From: Anthoceros angustus
Taxonomy: Eukaryota > Plantae > Anthocerotophyta
Direction of reading: 5' to 3'
NCBI GenBank assembly: GCA_010909165.1
Contig: MU008151.1
Location: 868,001-932,000, forward strand
Length of the DNA: 64,000 nucleotides
In this document: in pieces, positions 36,401 to 48,039 of the stretch
How positions within the stretch are numbered: the first letter of the stretch is position 1
Layout of the letters: every line of letters begins with the position of its first letter
Program-made: the position numbers and the translations under genes
The notes under the pieces: generated by a model
The model's database searches: none
Seen by the model: only the letters and a program-made list of their open reading frames with translations
What the model was told of the DNA's origin: nothing

Positions 36401-37412
36401 TGCATACATGTCCACCAAACCATTACAAACAAACAAATCAGAGCCAACACCAGTGGCAACCGCATGAGCATGCACCTGCTTCCCCGTTGTCAAGTCTGCT
36501 CCCTTGCACAAGCCTGCAGAGCTGCTACAAAGACATGACTGTCTGGCTTCACAAGTGATGTGCACATCATGCGCTGATAGAGTTGTATGGCCTCTGCAGC
36601 TTCTCCTTGTCGAACATGGGCAGAGATTATGGATGACCACATGAATGCATCCGGTTCGGCAACAGAGTCGAACACATCCATGGCATCTTGCAACCTCCCA
36701 AGAGAAGCATACAAGCGCAGGATGTGGTTGCACAGGAACGTGTCCGACTCGTACCCCGCTTCCACGGTGAACGCATGGACACGGCGACCTAGAACGAGGT
36801 CCTTTGTGTCCACACAATTCTTGAGAACAGCATAGAAAAGAGGTTTCGAAATGCAACCATCCGTCTGCACCAGAAGACCCAAAGCCTCAACAGCCTGACT
36901 GAGATGGCCATCATGACATAGTCTCCTCACGGTTTCCGCCGCAACGCCCCTTCCGCATCCTGCAGGCCTGTGAGGGGCAGGATCATCCGGCAAGCTGGAG
37001 CTGGATGTAGTGCCCATGTGCACATCCAAACCAGCCAGCTTCTCATCTCCCCGGCTGGCTTGTGGTAGTGGCCATCCTTTAGCCAGAGGACTTCATGGAG
37101 GCTTCCAGTATGAGTATGTGCCCCGGTATCCCATCCAAGTGTCTGATCCATCAAAACCTCTAGTCGCAAACCAGATGCTTTTCCAGCCAAACATTGATCT
37201 GGACGAGCTTTAACCTTCCTTGCAAGAGTGCTACTGCTGCTGCTGCTGCTCCTGCTCCTGCTATTGCTGCTCCTGCTAATGCTACTGCTGCTCCTGCTAC
37301 TGCTGCTACTGACGGCCCCGTTGCTCGACAAAATCCATGTCGGTTGAACGATATCTCTTCTGCCTATTAACACACCAAATTGTCCTTGTCGAGTCCTCAA
37401 AACGATCTCCAC
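33460..37412 (-). CDS. Long PLS-PPR (~30 motifs) with E1/E2 and a WW-lineage DYW domain truncated before the catalytic HxE (E+-like); frameshifted; start uncertain
   Basis: Ser/Arg-rich N-terminus (37225-37310), VRRLCHDGHLSQAVEAL, repeated S-P-L triplets, AWKQPGHSSWTNGDG...HPESDGIY...GYVPHLDSSWDISDDEDEAFLVEG*. Confidence 0.8.
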
Positions 37413-38051
37413 AGGAGCTCCTGCACCATCTCAAGCTCTGAGCCCTTTTCCCTCGTCTCACATCACATTCTTCCATCTTCCGGCTTCTCCAAACTGCGCT
37501 TTCCTTTTCTTTCTGTTTGAAGTTGCAAATCTATGTACTTTGGTTCATGAAGCTCATACATAGAGGGTTTATGATCCGGTCCCCCATCCGGAGTGATCAG
37601 CAGAACACTTCCTACCAAAGTTCGTTCGAATGTGGGAGGTTGTCTACCACTGGCAATAACCCCGAGGCCCAAGGTCGATACTGGATGGTAATGCCGAGGC
37701 CCAAGGAAGCCATGGTTATTTTCTCCCTATATATGTGTATCGGTATCTACCAATTCCTATTCCTACTGATCGTCTCATTCCTATTCCCATTCCCATTCCC
37801 ATTGAGACCCAAGAAGCCCACGACTTTTCTCCTCAGTCTAACATCATTCCCACTCGAGGTCCAAGGAACCCACAACTTTTCTCCCTGAACGAGGCCTAAG
37901 GAACCCACAATTTTTCTCCCTATACAAATTTCAGCGGATTGTCCTAGGCCTCTATCTATCATCGTTCCTCTCGAGACCCAAGGAACCCACAGCTTTCTCT
38001 CCTTCTCTCCTTCTTTCTAAGGCTTAACTAGTACATCATCCTCGAATTGTC

Positions 38052-39259
38052 ATGTTCACCACAGCGTCAACAGAAGCATCAGGAGCAACCGCAGCAGGGG
38101 CCAACCGCGCACTTCACAGGATTGATGACAGTTTCAGCACTGGATCCAGTACTAGTAGCTTCACGGGAAAGCGTGCCGCTAGGATTTGTCTCAAGAACCT
38201 GTGTCCACGGGAGATTCGGCGGCTGGGCAGCGTCTCCACCAGTATAATTGCTATGCAGGCAGATAAGCAGCAGCAGCTGGTTAGGAAGACGAAGGATTAC
38301 AACAACGACATGCAGCGGCAAATGAGGAATCCTTCGAGTACCACCACGATTTGGGTGAGCATCCTCCACCAACCTACGTACAGAGTGTGCACTCCGCGAC
38401 ATCGGGCGATTCTGATCACTGCTTTCGTGTTGCAATCGCTCAGGGATGCACTTGACGCGCATCACCAGCAACATCATCGTGGGGTCACAGCCGCAGAGCC
38501 CGGCCGATATCGATCGTCTTCATTCGGATCACGACGTGGGCGCGATCTTGAGCTTGCAGCAGGACCAGGACGTGCAATATTGGGGCATTGACATCGACTC
38601 GGTGGTGCGAAGGTGCAAGCATCATGGCATCCTCCATGTGCGGAAGCCGGTGAGCTTAACGTTCTCGTTGGATCGTCGCTGCTGGGCCCGTACCTCACTT
38701 GCTTCACCTTGGCCGATCTCAACAGCATCTCTTGTGACCTGCGACATTGATTTCTTTCGTTAAACTTTCTGCAGGCCAGAGATTTCGATGCCCAGTCTTT
38801 GCGGCAGGAGCTGCCCAAGGCCGTGTCTGCCCTGGAACGGGCGCTATCTCAACTCGAAGGCCGAACCGTTTACGTGCATTGCACAGCAGGCCTTGGCAGG
38901 GCACCCGCTGTTGTCATAGCCTACCTCTTCTGGTTCCACAACATAGATGTACGTAAACCCATGAGCTCACATCCTTCAAGATCAGCCCTTCCCTTACTTG
39001 CATCCGTTCTCACATACTCACACTCCTCTCCCTTAACTTTCTCCCTCTGTACGTGCAGTTGGAAGCCGCATACAACATGGTCACCTCAAAGCGGCCATGT
39101 GGTCCCAAGAAGGATGCCATCAGAGGAGCGACTTATGACTTGGCTAAGAACGATCCTTTGAAGGCTCCATTCGAACATCTTCCAGACTACGCTTTCACAG
39201 GTGTCGCCGACTGGGAAAGACGATTGATTCAAGAGAGAGTTCGCTCTTGCTCGGCGTGA
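38052..39259 (+). CDS. LSF2: Phosphoglucan phosphatase LIKE SEX FOUR 2; introns 38355-38443, 38650-38774, 38949-39058
   Basis: DYNNDMQRQMRNP(F)EYHHDLG, IVGSQPQ, YWGID, DFDAQSLR..LPKAVSALE, active site VHCTAGLGRA, KRPCGP..AIRGATYDLAKNDP, DWERRLIQERVR. No carbohydrate-binding module. One 1-nt loss in exon 1 (~38335). Confidence 0.92.
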
Positions 39260-39501
39260 AGCTTGAATGCTAACCAGTTGGCCACTACCATGTACATGGC
39301 TTCTTTCCGGCACTTAATCAGTTCCAAACATATGCAAACTCGTTAATTACTTACTCAAACATATTCAAACTTGTTAATTACTTACCTCAAACATATTATT
39401 CAAACTTATACTTCATGTGCTCCAACGTTAACATGTATACAATGAATACTTACTTAGCCCATGGAGTGTTCAAGAGAATGTAATAATTTCAAACCCAAAT
39501 G

Positions 39502-39703
39502 TAGTCCCTAATTAATTGTGAATATGCTGATTTCACACAACATAGTCCTATTAATTGTGAATCTACTGATTTCACAAACATAGTCCTATTAATTGTGAAT
39601 CTAGTCCTATTAATTGTGAATCTAGTCCTATTAATTGTGAATCTAGTCCTATTAATTGTGAATCTACGATTTCACACAAACGTAGTCCTATTAATTGTGA
39701 ATC
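39502..39703 (+). repeat. 21-bp tandem repeat tagtcctattaattgtgaatc, 7 copies, some separated by a ~18-bp linker
   Basis: Directly visible. Confidence 0.9.
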
Positions 39704-40062
39704 TAGATTGTTTCCATTTCTATTAACATAGACTATATAATATCTGGATAGATGTTAGATACCTTGGCCATAAGACATTTAACATGGAGAGGCTCGCACC
39801 CTTGTGTGAGGTCGGCACGTCCACATAGTAGTGAACAATTGCAAAGTACCACAATAAGACGCAAAGGATGGTACCCATCTCAATATTGATCTAACTACAA
39901 CACACCATCTCAATATTGATTCTTTCATAGCTTATTTAACTATAAAATTCTTGCTTGACTACAGAATTTTTATCTCAGATGGTATATATACACCCCACTC
40001 TTCAACACCCATCCCATTCTTAAACATCCCATCTTAGTACTATTTCCCAGGTTGCGTGACTG

Positions 40063-40125
40063 CAGTTTTAAGGTTGCTGGACTGCACAGTTTTAAGGTTG
40101 CTGGACTGCACAGTTTTAAGGTTGC
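40063..40125 (+). repeat. 24-bp tandem repeat (cagttttaaggttgctggactgca), ~2.6 copies
   Basis: Directly visible. Confidence 0.85.
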
Positions 40126-40449
40126 TTGCCTAGTTCGTCTCAATACAGATGCCTGCAGGCACTTTGTTAGAAAGACATTCAAGGTTTCAACAATTGAAGA
40201 GGGGAAGTTAGTTTGTCTCAAACAAACATGTACCGCATTGTTTTGTACAGAGCTTGGGATCCAAAAAGGACGTAGCCGATTATGGTGTTGGTCGTGTGCT
40301 TGCCAATTCTCGTACTTCTTCTTGCCAATCATATGCTTGCCAATCATATGCTTGCTTGGGCCTATTTCACTTCATCGACTGCAGATCGAAAGCAAGAGCT
40401 TGAGCCGAACATAGAAAGTGAAATATCGCACATTCTGAATATACAACAG

Positions 40450-42300
40450 CGTCTGTTTAGAAAGGGGTTTCTCCTGTCAAAAGGGTTTTGGAAAAATCCC
40501 AACCCTATTTCGCCGGAAACTGAAGTTGGTTTGGTTTTTGTTGGTTTTTGTAGGTGTTCATCCATCGGTTTCGGGCATTCTCGGCTCCGGCACCACTTCC
40601 TGTCGAGTCATTTACACCGCGCTGGCGCCTTATACTCAGGTTCATGGCGATTTAGTCGGTGTGATGAAGGGCCAGTGACCTCATTGTTCCATAATTTCGT
40701 CATGTCCGTAGTTTCTGCATTTTGTGTGGTTTTGTATGTTTTGTATACCGGAGGGCCTAGGCGCATAAGTGTGCTCTAAACAACGCTATGTGCAAACTTG
40801 TGCATGCATGCAAAAAGAACGCGAAAAATGATCTTCTAATGGGAAGCATGTCCTTTTGGCGGTCGAGGATGTCGGAACTCCGACAAAATAACAAGTAGCG
40901 AGACATCGGCGGAGGTTCACCTAGACCACTCTTATATACCTATCCTATGCCCTAATGCGATGAAGAACACTCTATCCCCTTTTTATTCTTTACGGTGTTT
41001 CCGTCTCTTTCGGCGGTGACCTAGTACCGGGTTATCATCAAACATGCCAAAGGGGCCCAGCTGGGTGAACAAGTGCATGCACCAGGGGGCAAGGGGGCCC
41101 GGGTGCGCGCACTTGTGCGCACCATGGGCAAGGGGGCCTGGGCGTGCACACCAGGGGGCAAGGAGGGCCGGGTGCGCGCACTTGTGCGCGCACTAGTGCG
41201 CGCACGGGTGCGCGCACTTGTGCGCGCACCAGGGGGCAAGGGGCCGGGTGCGCGCACTTGTGCGCGCACCAGGGGGCAAGGATGCCCGGGTGCGCGCACT
41301 TGTGCGCGCACCCGGGGGCAAGGAGGCGCAAGTGTGCACACAAGTGCACGCACCCAAGGTCAAGAAGGGCCTGGGAGCATGAACCCAAATGGTTCATGCC
41401 TCCTAGTGCATTCCCAGACGGTTCATCCAAAGAAAAAAAGAGCAAAAAGGCTTAAAAAATCCTAAAACCCCTTAAAAATTACAAAAAAGTCCAGTTTTTT
41501 GAGGCAAGTGCGCGCACAAGTGCGCGCACTTGCTCTAAAATTTTGACAAATTTTTGCATTTTTTGTATTTTTTGATATTTTTGTTGTTTTAAAGGGTTCC
41601 TTTCGACGTTTTCAACCTTTTTTGTGCAGCACCCTAGTGTGGATATGTTCTTATCTTTACTTAACCCTCATCTTTTTCTAGTAGTTAAAACTTTGAACTA
41701 GTAGTGAGAACCTTTTGCATCTTTTGAATCTTGAGACGTTTGGCGTGGGCCCAGCTCTAAGTGCAGACCATGCCACTCTCATTCTCGCACTAGACGTGGA
41801 TCAAGAGCATCAGGCCAAAGAAGATATTATTGTCCCAATGTCTAAGGAACAAAGTCCTGTAAAATTCTCGGAGCGAGAGTATAGTCATAGGATTGACTAG
41901 TATGAATGAAAGGTAGGTGCGCAAACAAGTTTGCGCACCAGAATTACAGCAAGCCCTAAAAACTCTAAATGTTTGTATCGTCCAACACCGCAATGATTGC
42001 GGATGTTGGAAGCTTAGATGTAAGTGCGCGCATAAGTGTGCTCTAAAATTGACAAATTTTGCATTTTTGTCGATTTGAAAAAAGCCGAGCGAGAATGAGA
42101 CTTTAGGTTTTGCCACGTACTTGCAATCTACAGTCTCAAATAACGTGTATCAAAACAATTATTCAAAAGGTTGCGGGTAACATGTCTGCAGAGAAATATC
42201 AAAAGCACGATTATAGTGCGGATTTTTCAAGTGCAAAAGGGGTCCGGCCAAGTCCGTGTGCAAAAAGGGGTTTCAGGAGAAACCCCTTTCTAAACAGACG
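40450..42300. mobile_element. Putative non-autonomous DNA transposon bounded by a perfect 27-bp inverted repeat, with internal palindromic arrays
   Basis: cgtctgtttagaaaggggtttctcctg (40450-40476) versus caggagaaacccctttctaaacagacg (42274-42300); GTGCGCGCAC arrays inside; no coding capacity recognised. Confidence 0.5.
41075..41350 (+). repeat. GC-rich minisatellite of paired GTGCGCGCAC palindromes and ccagggggcaagg spacers
   Basis: About ten exact GTGCGCGCAC copies here; two more at 41507-41529. Confidence 0.9.
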
Positions 42301-42469
42301 TTATACCATGTCCGTCTATGCCCTAGCTATAGTCTACCTCTGGAAACCTATTTGGAGAAGACAAGGCTATGGCATCGATCGCATGCGACTTGTATTTTTT
42401 TGCCTTGATCCCGACGTGATAGCCGCCTACTTCATCGACCTTGCGTATATAGTGTGTCACTCGTGAAAC

Positions 42470-42870
42470 CTTTTAGTATCCCCAACAACAAACCAAAGGC
42501 ACCGTCCCTCCATGTTTGTCCACCAACTCTAGCCAGCTTGCGTATGCTTGGCTCTCCTGCAACATGCTAACTAGATCGCAACCAACAACCACATCGTGTG
42601 AATCGCTCACCAATCATCCATGAAGTTGCTTCCTTCCCTCTCCGACTGAAACCAACACTTGCACATGCCTGTAGGGTCGCCACAAACACATGGCCATCTC
42701 GCTTCACGCTTGACCTCCGCATCTAGTGATCTGATTGTATAGTCTCATTAGCTTGTCCTGTTGCACATGGGGCGAAATTACGACCACATGAAGGCACTCG
42801 GTCTCTTGACCATAACAAACACCTCCATGGCTTCTTGCAACTTGGTATAAAGCGAGTGATAGCTAATGTC
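42470..42870 (-). pseudogene. Collapsed remnant of a PPR-DYW:WW gene
   Basis: Minus strand: LQEAMEVF...AFMWS...HVFVATLQACASVG...DVVVGCDLVSM joined to QAG*SWWTNMEGR..FVVGD (WW codons at 42520-42525). Confidence 0.6.
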
Positions 42871-44590
42871 AATCATCTAATGTTACCAAACCTTCCTCTT
42901 GAAGAGTGTCATAGTAACCATTAGGTTGTTTATCGATAACCATAAGTTCATTGAAATTCAAGCTGGTTAGGACCTTCCGATCGGATACTACCGAGATGGG
43001 GTGCCACCGTCCGTTCTAGATTCGATACTCCTTAGTCCCGTAAGCACATATTTTGTTGCATGAACTAGAGCACTTTCCACCCATGCCTATTCTCACGCAG
43101 TAGTCTATGTATTACATTTTTGTCGAGGGAAATAACACTTTTGACTATGGATATATTAGACCGTGAACTAACTTACATACTTAAGACATTTCTTATGGAG
43201 TTTAAAGGTCTTTGGATTCAATTGTGCATGCATTAAAGAATGTGCATCACTAATTATGTAGTACCCTAAGTGTGTATCAATAGTGTGGGGAACGTTCTTG
43301 TGAAAATATGATTTATTGGGTTTCGTTTAAGGAAGCATGTCTTTGTTGGGTTTTGGTGAAAGAAATGTTGCATGGACTCGTGAAGCTCATGAATATTTAT
43401 AGCTCGGTGTACAAAACTCAACATTAAGTGACAAGGGTTAAATCTCCACACAAAGAATAGCCCATCCTTCCCAAAAGCATCTCATCTAAGATGTTATAAG
43501 GTCTGGCTCTATAACCCAGTCGTCCTACCCTTTTTCAGTGAATTCGATGCTCTCGATTATGTTATTATGTTTCTAGGGAATCAACAGCGTAAATCTACAA
43601 AGCCCAAAAAATGCAGTTCATTATGAGACGAAGACAAACTTAGATAAGTGTTTTAGCAGTGATATGTTGAAACAAGGACAAAACCCAAGCGAGCCCAATA
43701 ATATGTTGAAACAATGGACAAAGCCCAAGCGAGCCCAATGGCGGACCGGTAAGTAGAATGGAGAAGGCGTGTATTGGCGTGTGACACGGGACAGATCCAC
43801 ATGATTCTCAATCATGGAGAGCAAGATAAAGACATATCCACTGTTACACCGTCTACACTAACAAGCTGTTTACATGAAAATGAAAATGATTAATAGAGGT
43901 TGTGTGAAGGCGTAGGTGAAATGAGTAAAAATATAAGCAAAGTAAGGGCCTCTCCGCCACCATTCCAGGACTAGACTCATGGCCCTGGCCGACAAGGCTG
44001 GCCCTGATGCAATCAAGGACAGGATTGTAAAACTCTGTCAGGACATCTCCCTTCTCATACCGCAAACAGACGCTGTGGGATGGATGAAATTTTGCGCAGG
44101 TGATAGGATACAGCGGCGGCTTCTGGGTAGAACTGCCCTGGCAGCCTTTCTTTTCTTCCACATCCCATCCAGTGTGCTCACTGCAGCTAGCTAGCCACCA
44201 TCCATGTACCATATGTCCAGACAAATCAGTTGATGAGAACCCGCAATCCGCAGAAATTGTGAAAAATGTGCATTATCTTCAATAAAGAAAAATGAATCAT
44301 GGCAGCACCTAGCTAGCATGCTATCTTGCTCGTGCTCACTTGCTCCTTTCAAGCCTTCGCGCTACAGGCTAGGAGCATTCCAAATTTAAAGCCTCATTCA
44401 ACACACCACCTTACGCATTGTGCACTCAACCCATGCAGTTCACTCCTCACCAATGTTGCGGGTTCAAAGAGTCCTCATGACTCTAGAGGGCACAGACGTA
44501 ACGTCTTGCAAGGAAGGAAGGAAGGAAGAGTGGAGTGGAGTGGAGTGGAGTGGGTTATAGGGTGGAGTGATCGTGTGTCCATGTCTGTCG

Positions 44591-47500
44591 ATGTGCCATG
44601 AGCTCTTGGCTAGGGTTATGGCTGCCAGCTTCCTGCACCCAAAGTGGGCTCCTGGGAATGTTGTGATCAAGCAGCAAGACGTATGGATCTGTGGTGGTCG
44701 CAATGGTCCACCCCAGCTCTGGTCCCCCTGCCATGTCACCTGGTGTGGGAAGTTTGAAGGACAGGCTGCTATTGCTGGAGCCAGCTACCGTCATGAAGGC
44801 AAAACGCAACAAGAACAGCAGGAGCTTTTGTGGCAAGCTTTTTCTCGGATCCCGCACAGTGGTGGGATTGCAGGCAGGCTAAGAGGAGTCCCCGCCATCC
44901 GGACTTCAGGCACAAGCGCTCCAAGAAGGCCTGTGGATAGACAATCCAAGGAATCCTGGCTGGCTGCAGGCTCAGCTAGCTGCGTGGGATGCGCAAGGGC
45001 ATGCTGGGACCAGCTCTTCCTCAGGGAGCCAGGCTGGCCCGTGGAGACATGGAGAGGATGAGTCGGAGGTGGATATCTGTCGGAGGCTGTGTGACAAGGG
45101 CCAGCTAGGTGAGGCTATTGAAGCTTTGGACCTCCTGGTGCAGAGGGACTGCGTTCTGACACCAGTCTTCTCTATTCTGTGCTCAAGAGGTGCATTGCAC
45201 AGAGGATTTGCATAACGGGAAACGTGTCCATGTCCTCTCTGTTAGAAGTGGGAAGGAGACGGACAGGTTTCTGGGCAACCACATCATACGGATGTATGCC
45301 TCTCATGGCCTGGTGGAGGACGCGGTGAACGTGTTTTCCAAGATAGCTGCTCCAAAACCTTCGCATGGGCTTCCATTATCAAGGCGCACGCGGATCATGG
45401 GCAGCCTGCCGAGGCCGTGAAACTGTATCGCCAGATGCGGCAGTCGGCGATGAAGCCTAACAACCATATATTCGTGGCAGTCCTCAAGGCCTGTGCTGTG
45501 GCAGGGGACCTGGCTTCCGGGAAGGAGGTGCATACCGACATACTGGAGAGTTCTCATGAGCCTGATATGTTTGTTGGCAGCTCCTTGCTGGATATGTATG
45601 CAAAGTGCGACAGTTTAGAGGATGCTCGTGCTGTGTTTGATGATTTGCCCACGAGAGATGTGGTGACATGGACTGCCATGATCGCAGGGTATGCTCAGCA
45701 TGGACGAGGTCAAGAAGCGCTGGATTTGTATGCCTCCATGCAGCAGGACGGCTTGTATCCAGCCAATCACGTCACGTTTGTGTCCCTGCTAAAAGCGTGC
45801 GCCATTGTGGGTGCTTTGCATCAGGGCATGCAGCTCCATTCCTTGATTCGGAAAAGAGGGCTGGAGAATGATGTGGTCATTGGCAGCTGCCTGGTTGACA
45901 TGTACGCAAAATGTGGGAACTTAGAGGATGCTCGTAAACTTTTGACAACCTGCCCACTAGAAGTGTGGTGACATGGAATGCCATGTTTGCAGGGTATGCG
46001 CAGCATGGACTTGGTCAAGAAGCCCTTGATCTTTATGCAAGCTTGCAGCAAGGGGCAAGACACTACCTGATCGTGTCACGTTCGTGTGCCTCCTCAAGGC
46101 TTGTGCCAGCCTCAGGGCTCTGCAGCAGGGAAAGCAGCTGCATTCTCTGATTCAGGAAAGGGTACTGCACACTGATATGGTTGTGGGAAGCTGCCTAGTC
46201 GACATGTATGCCAAGTGTGGGGACATTGAGCTTGCTCGGAGGGTCTTTGACGAGTTGCCCAGAAGAGAGGTTGTGACGTGGAGTGCAATGATTGGAGGAT
46301 ATGCCAATCATGGCCTTGGCCAAGAAGCTCTTGATCTGTATGCAGTTATGCAAGAGGATGGCATGGCTCCAGCGAATCACATCACTTTCGTGTCCCTCCT
46401 GAAAGCATGTGCCATTGTGAGAGCCTTGCAACAAGGAAAGCAGCTTCATCTGCAAATTGAACAAAGAGGATTAGAAACTGATCTGGTTGTTGGCAACTGC
46501 CTGGTGGACATGTATGCAAGATGTGGAAGCTTAGAGGATGCACGCAGAATTTTTGACCGGCTCTCTAGTAGAGACGTGGTAGCTTGGAATGCAATTCTTG
46601 GAGGCTATTGTCAGCAGGGGCTTGGTCAAGATGCGTTGGATCTTCATGCAAGTATGCAACAAGAGGTGCTGTCTGTGGGTAATCATGGCACGTTTGTCTG
46701 GCTCCTGAATGCATGTGCCAGTGTTGGAGGTTTGCATCAGGGAAAGCAGCTTCATGCTGTGACCCAAGATAAGGGACTAGATTGTGATGTGGTTGTCGGC
46801 AACTGTCTAGTGGACATGTATGCAAAATGTGGGAGCTTGGAAGGTGCTCGCCAAGTGTTTGAAACGTTGCCTGTGAAAGATGTGGTGACATGGAATAGTC
46901 TGCTGAATGGTTATGCCAAACATGGGGATGGCCACAGGGCAATACAGTTTTCGAAGAAATGCGGAGGAAGGTGTGGAGCCCAACGGTGCTACGTTCATTT
47001 CTCTGCTGGTAGCTTGCAGTCACAAGGGGCTGGTGAAAGAGGGCCAGCGGTATTTCAGGATGATGAAGGAGCAGGGCATTGAGCCAACAGACCAGCATCA
47101 TAACTGCATGATTGATCTTCTTGGGCGGTCAGGGGATTTGGAGGCTGCTGAAAAATTGTTGCAGTCAGTGCCCTTCGAAAATGATGTTGTGGGGTGGACT
47201 TCTTTGCTGAGTGCGTGTGAAAGCCATGGTGATGTAGAGCGTGGAAGGCGATGTTTTGAACGTCTGGTACGTTTGGAGCCGCAGACTGCAGCTGCTTATG
47301 TGCTACTGGGCAATATCTATGCAAATGCAGGCATGTGGGGTGATGTAGAGGAAATAGAAAGGTTGAGAAAGTGCGCGGGTGCTTGGAAAAAGCCCGCAAA
47401 GGCTGGTATTGAAGTGAACAATAAGGTGCACGAGTTCACCGTGGGAGACGAGAGGGTGACGTTGCCTCGAAGTTGATTAGCATGAACGTGAGGGTGCAGG

Positions 47501-47788
47501 ATGAAGGCGGGCACGTGCCTTTGACTGACCTGGTTCTGAAGGCAGTTTCAGAGAGTGAAAAGGAAGATGCATTGTGTGGACATCGGAGAAGTTGGCATTA
47601 GCATATGGCCTCCTTAACACTCCGGAGGGGACAACCTAGTGGTAACTAAGAACCTTCGCATGTGCAATGATTGTCACAGTAGCACCAAGATTATGTCACG
47701 CCTTGAGCAGCGCCAAATCATCGTCAGGGATGCACACCGTGTTCACTGCTTTGTGGATGGCAAATGTTCTTGTGGGGACTGGCATTGA
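44591..47788 (+). CDS. Organellar RNA-editing factor: N-terminal extension + OSB-type PDF motif + PLS array + E1/E2 + DYW:KP; frameshifted
   Basis: LWQAFFSDPAQWWDCRQAKRSPRHPDFRHKRSKKALWIDN (two homopolymer bases restored); PLS triplets; WKKPAKAGIEV; 1-nt loss at the H(A)E codons (47581-47588) relative to copy 6202-8220; NLRMCNDCH...CSCGDWH* ending 47788. Confidence 0.85.
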
Positions 47789-48039
47789 GACAGTTCAAGT
47801 ATTTGGAACCAGGATGATTGCGAAGCACGGTGTGGGTACAGGCCGGGCATTCCACGACAATTGCGAATGGTTTGCTGCATTGGAAAACTGCAGGCAGCTC
47901 TGGAGATAAAAGGAGACAGCAGGGACTATCTGCTCGCTGTGACATGAGTACACATTTGTTGGGGCTCGGGCCCCGCCCTCTAAATTGCTGGCTGGCCATG
48001 GAAGCATCGTGGGAACTCCTTGAACCTCCTATCGATGTC

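Noticed and set aside
38052-39259. SEX4 or LSF1 as the identity of the phosphatase
   Set aside because: No CBM48 or PDZ region, and the C-terminal motif follows the phosphatase domain directly, as in LSF2.
39502-39703. Repeat-spacer pattern resembling a CRISPR array
   Set aside because: The spacers are copies of each other, several repeats are directly adjacent, the context is eukaryotic and there are no cas genes; it is an ordinary minisatellite.
41021-41465. ORFs rich in ARVRALVR/CAHLCAH repeats
   Set aside because: Translation artefacts of the GTGCGCGCAC minisatellite; open in several frames on both strands.
43961-44194. Possible exon RTRLMALADKAGPDAIKDRIVKLC...GWMKFCA followed by GT
   Set aside because: No recognisable family, and no partner exons could be identified.
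27360-47788. Programmed frameshifting or RNA editing as an explanation for the broken PPR ORFs
   Set aside because: These are nuclear genes, the indels are scattered homopolymer losses, and LSF2 shows the same defect; sequencing error or decay is simpler.
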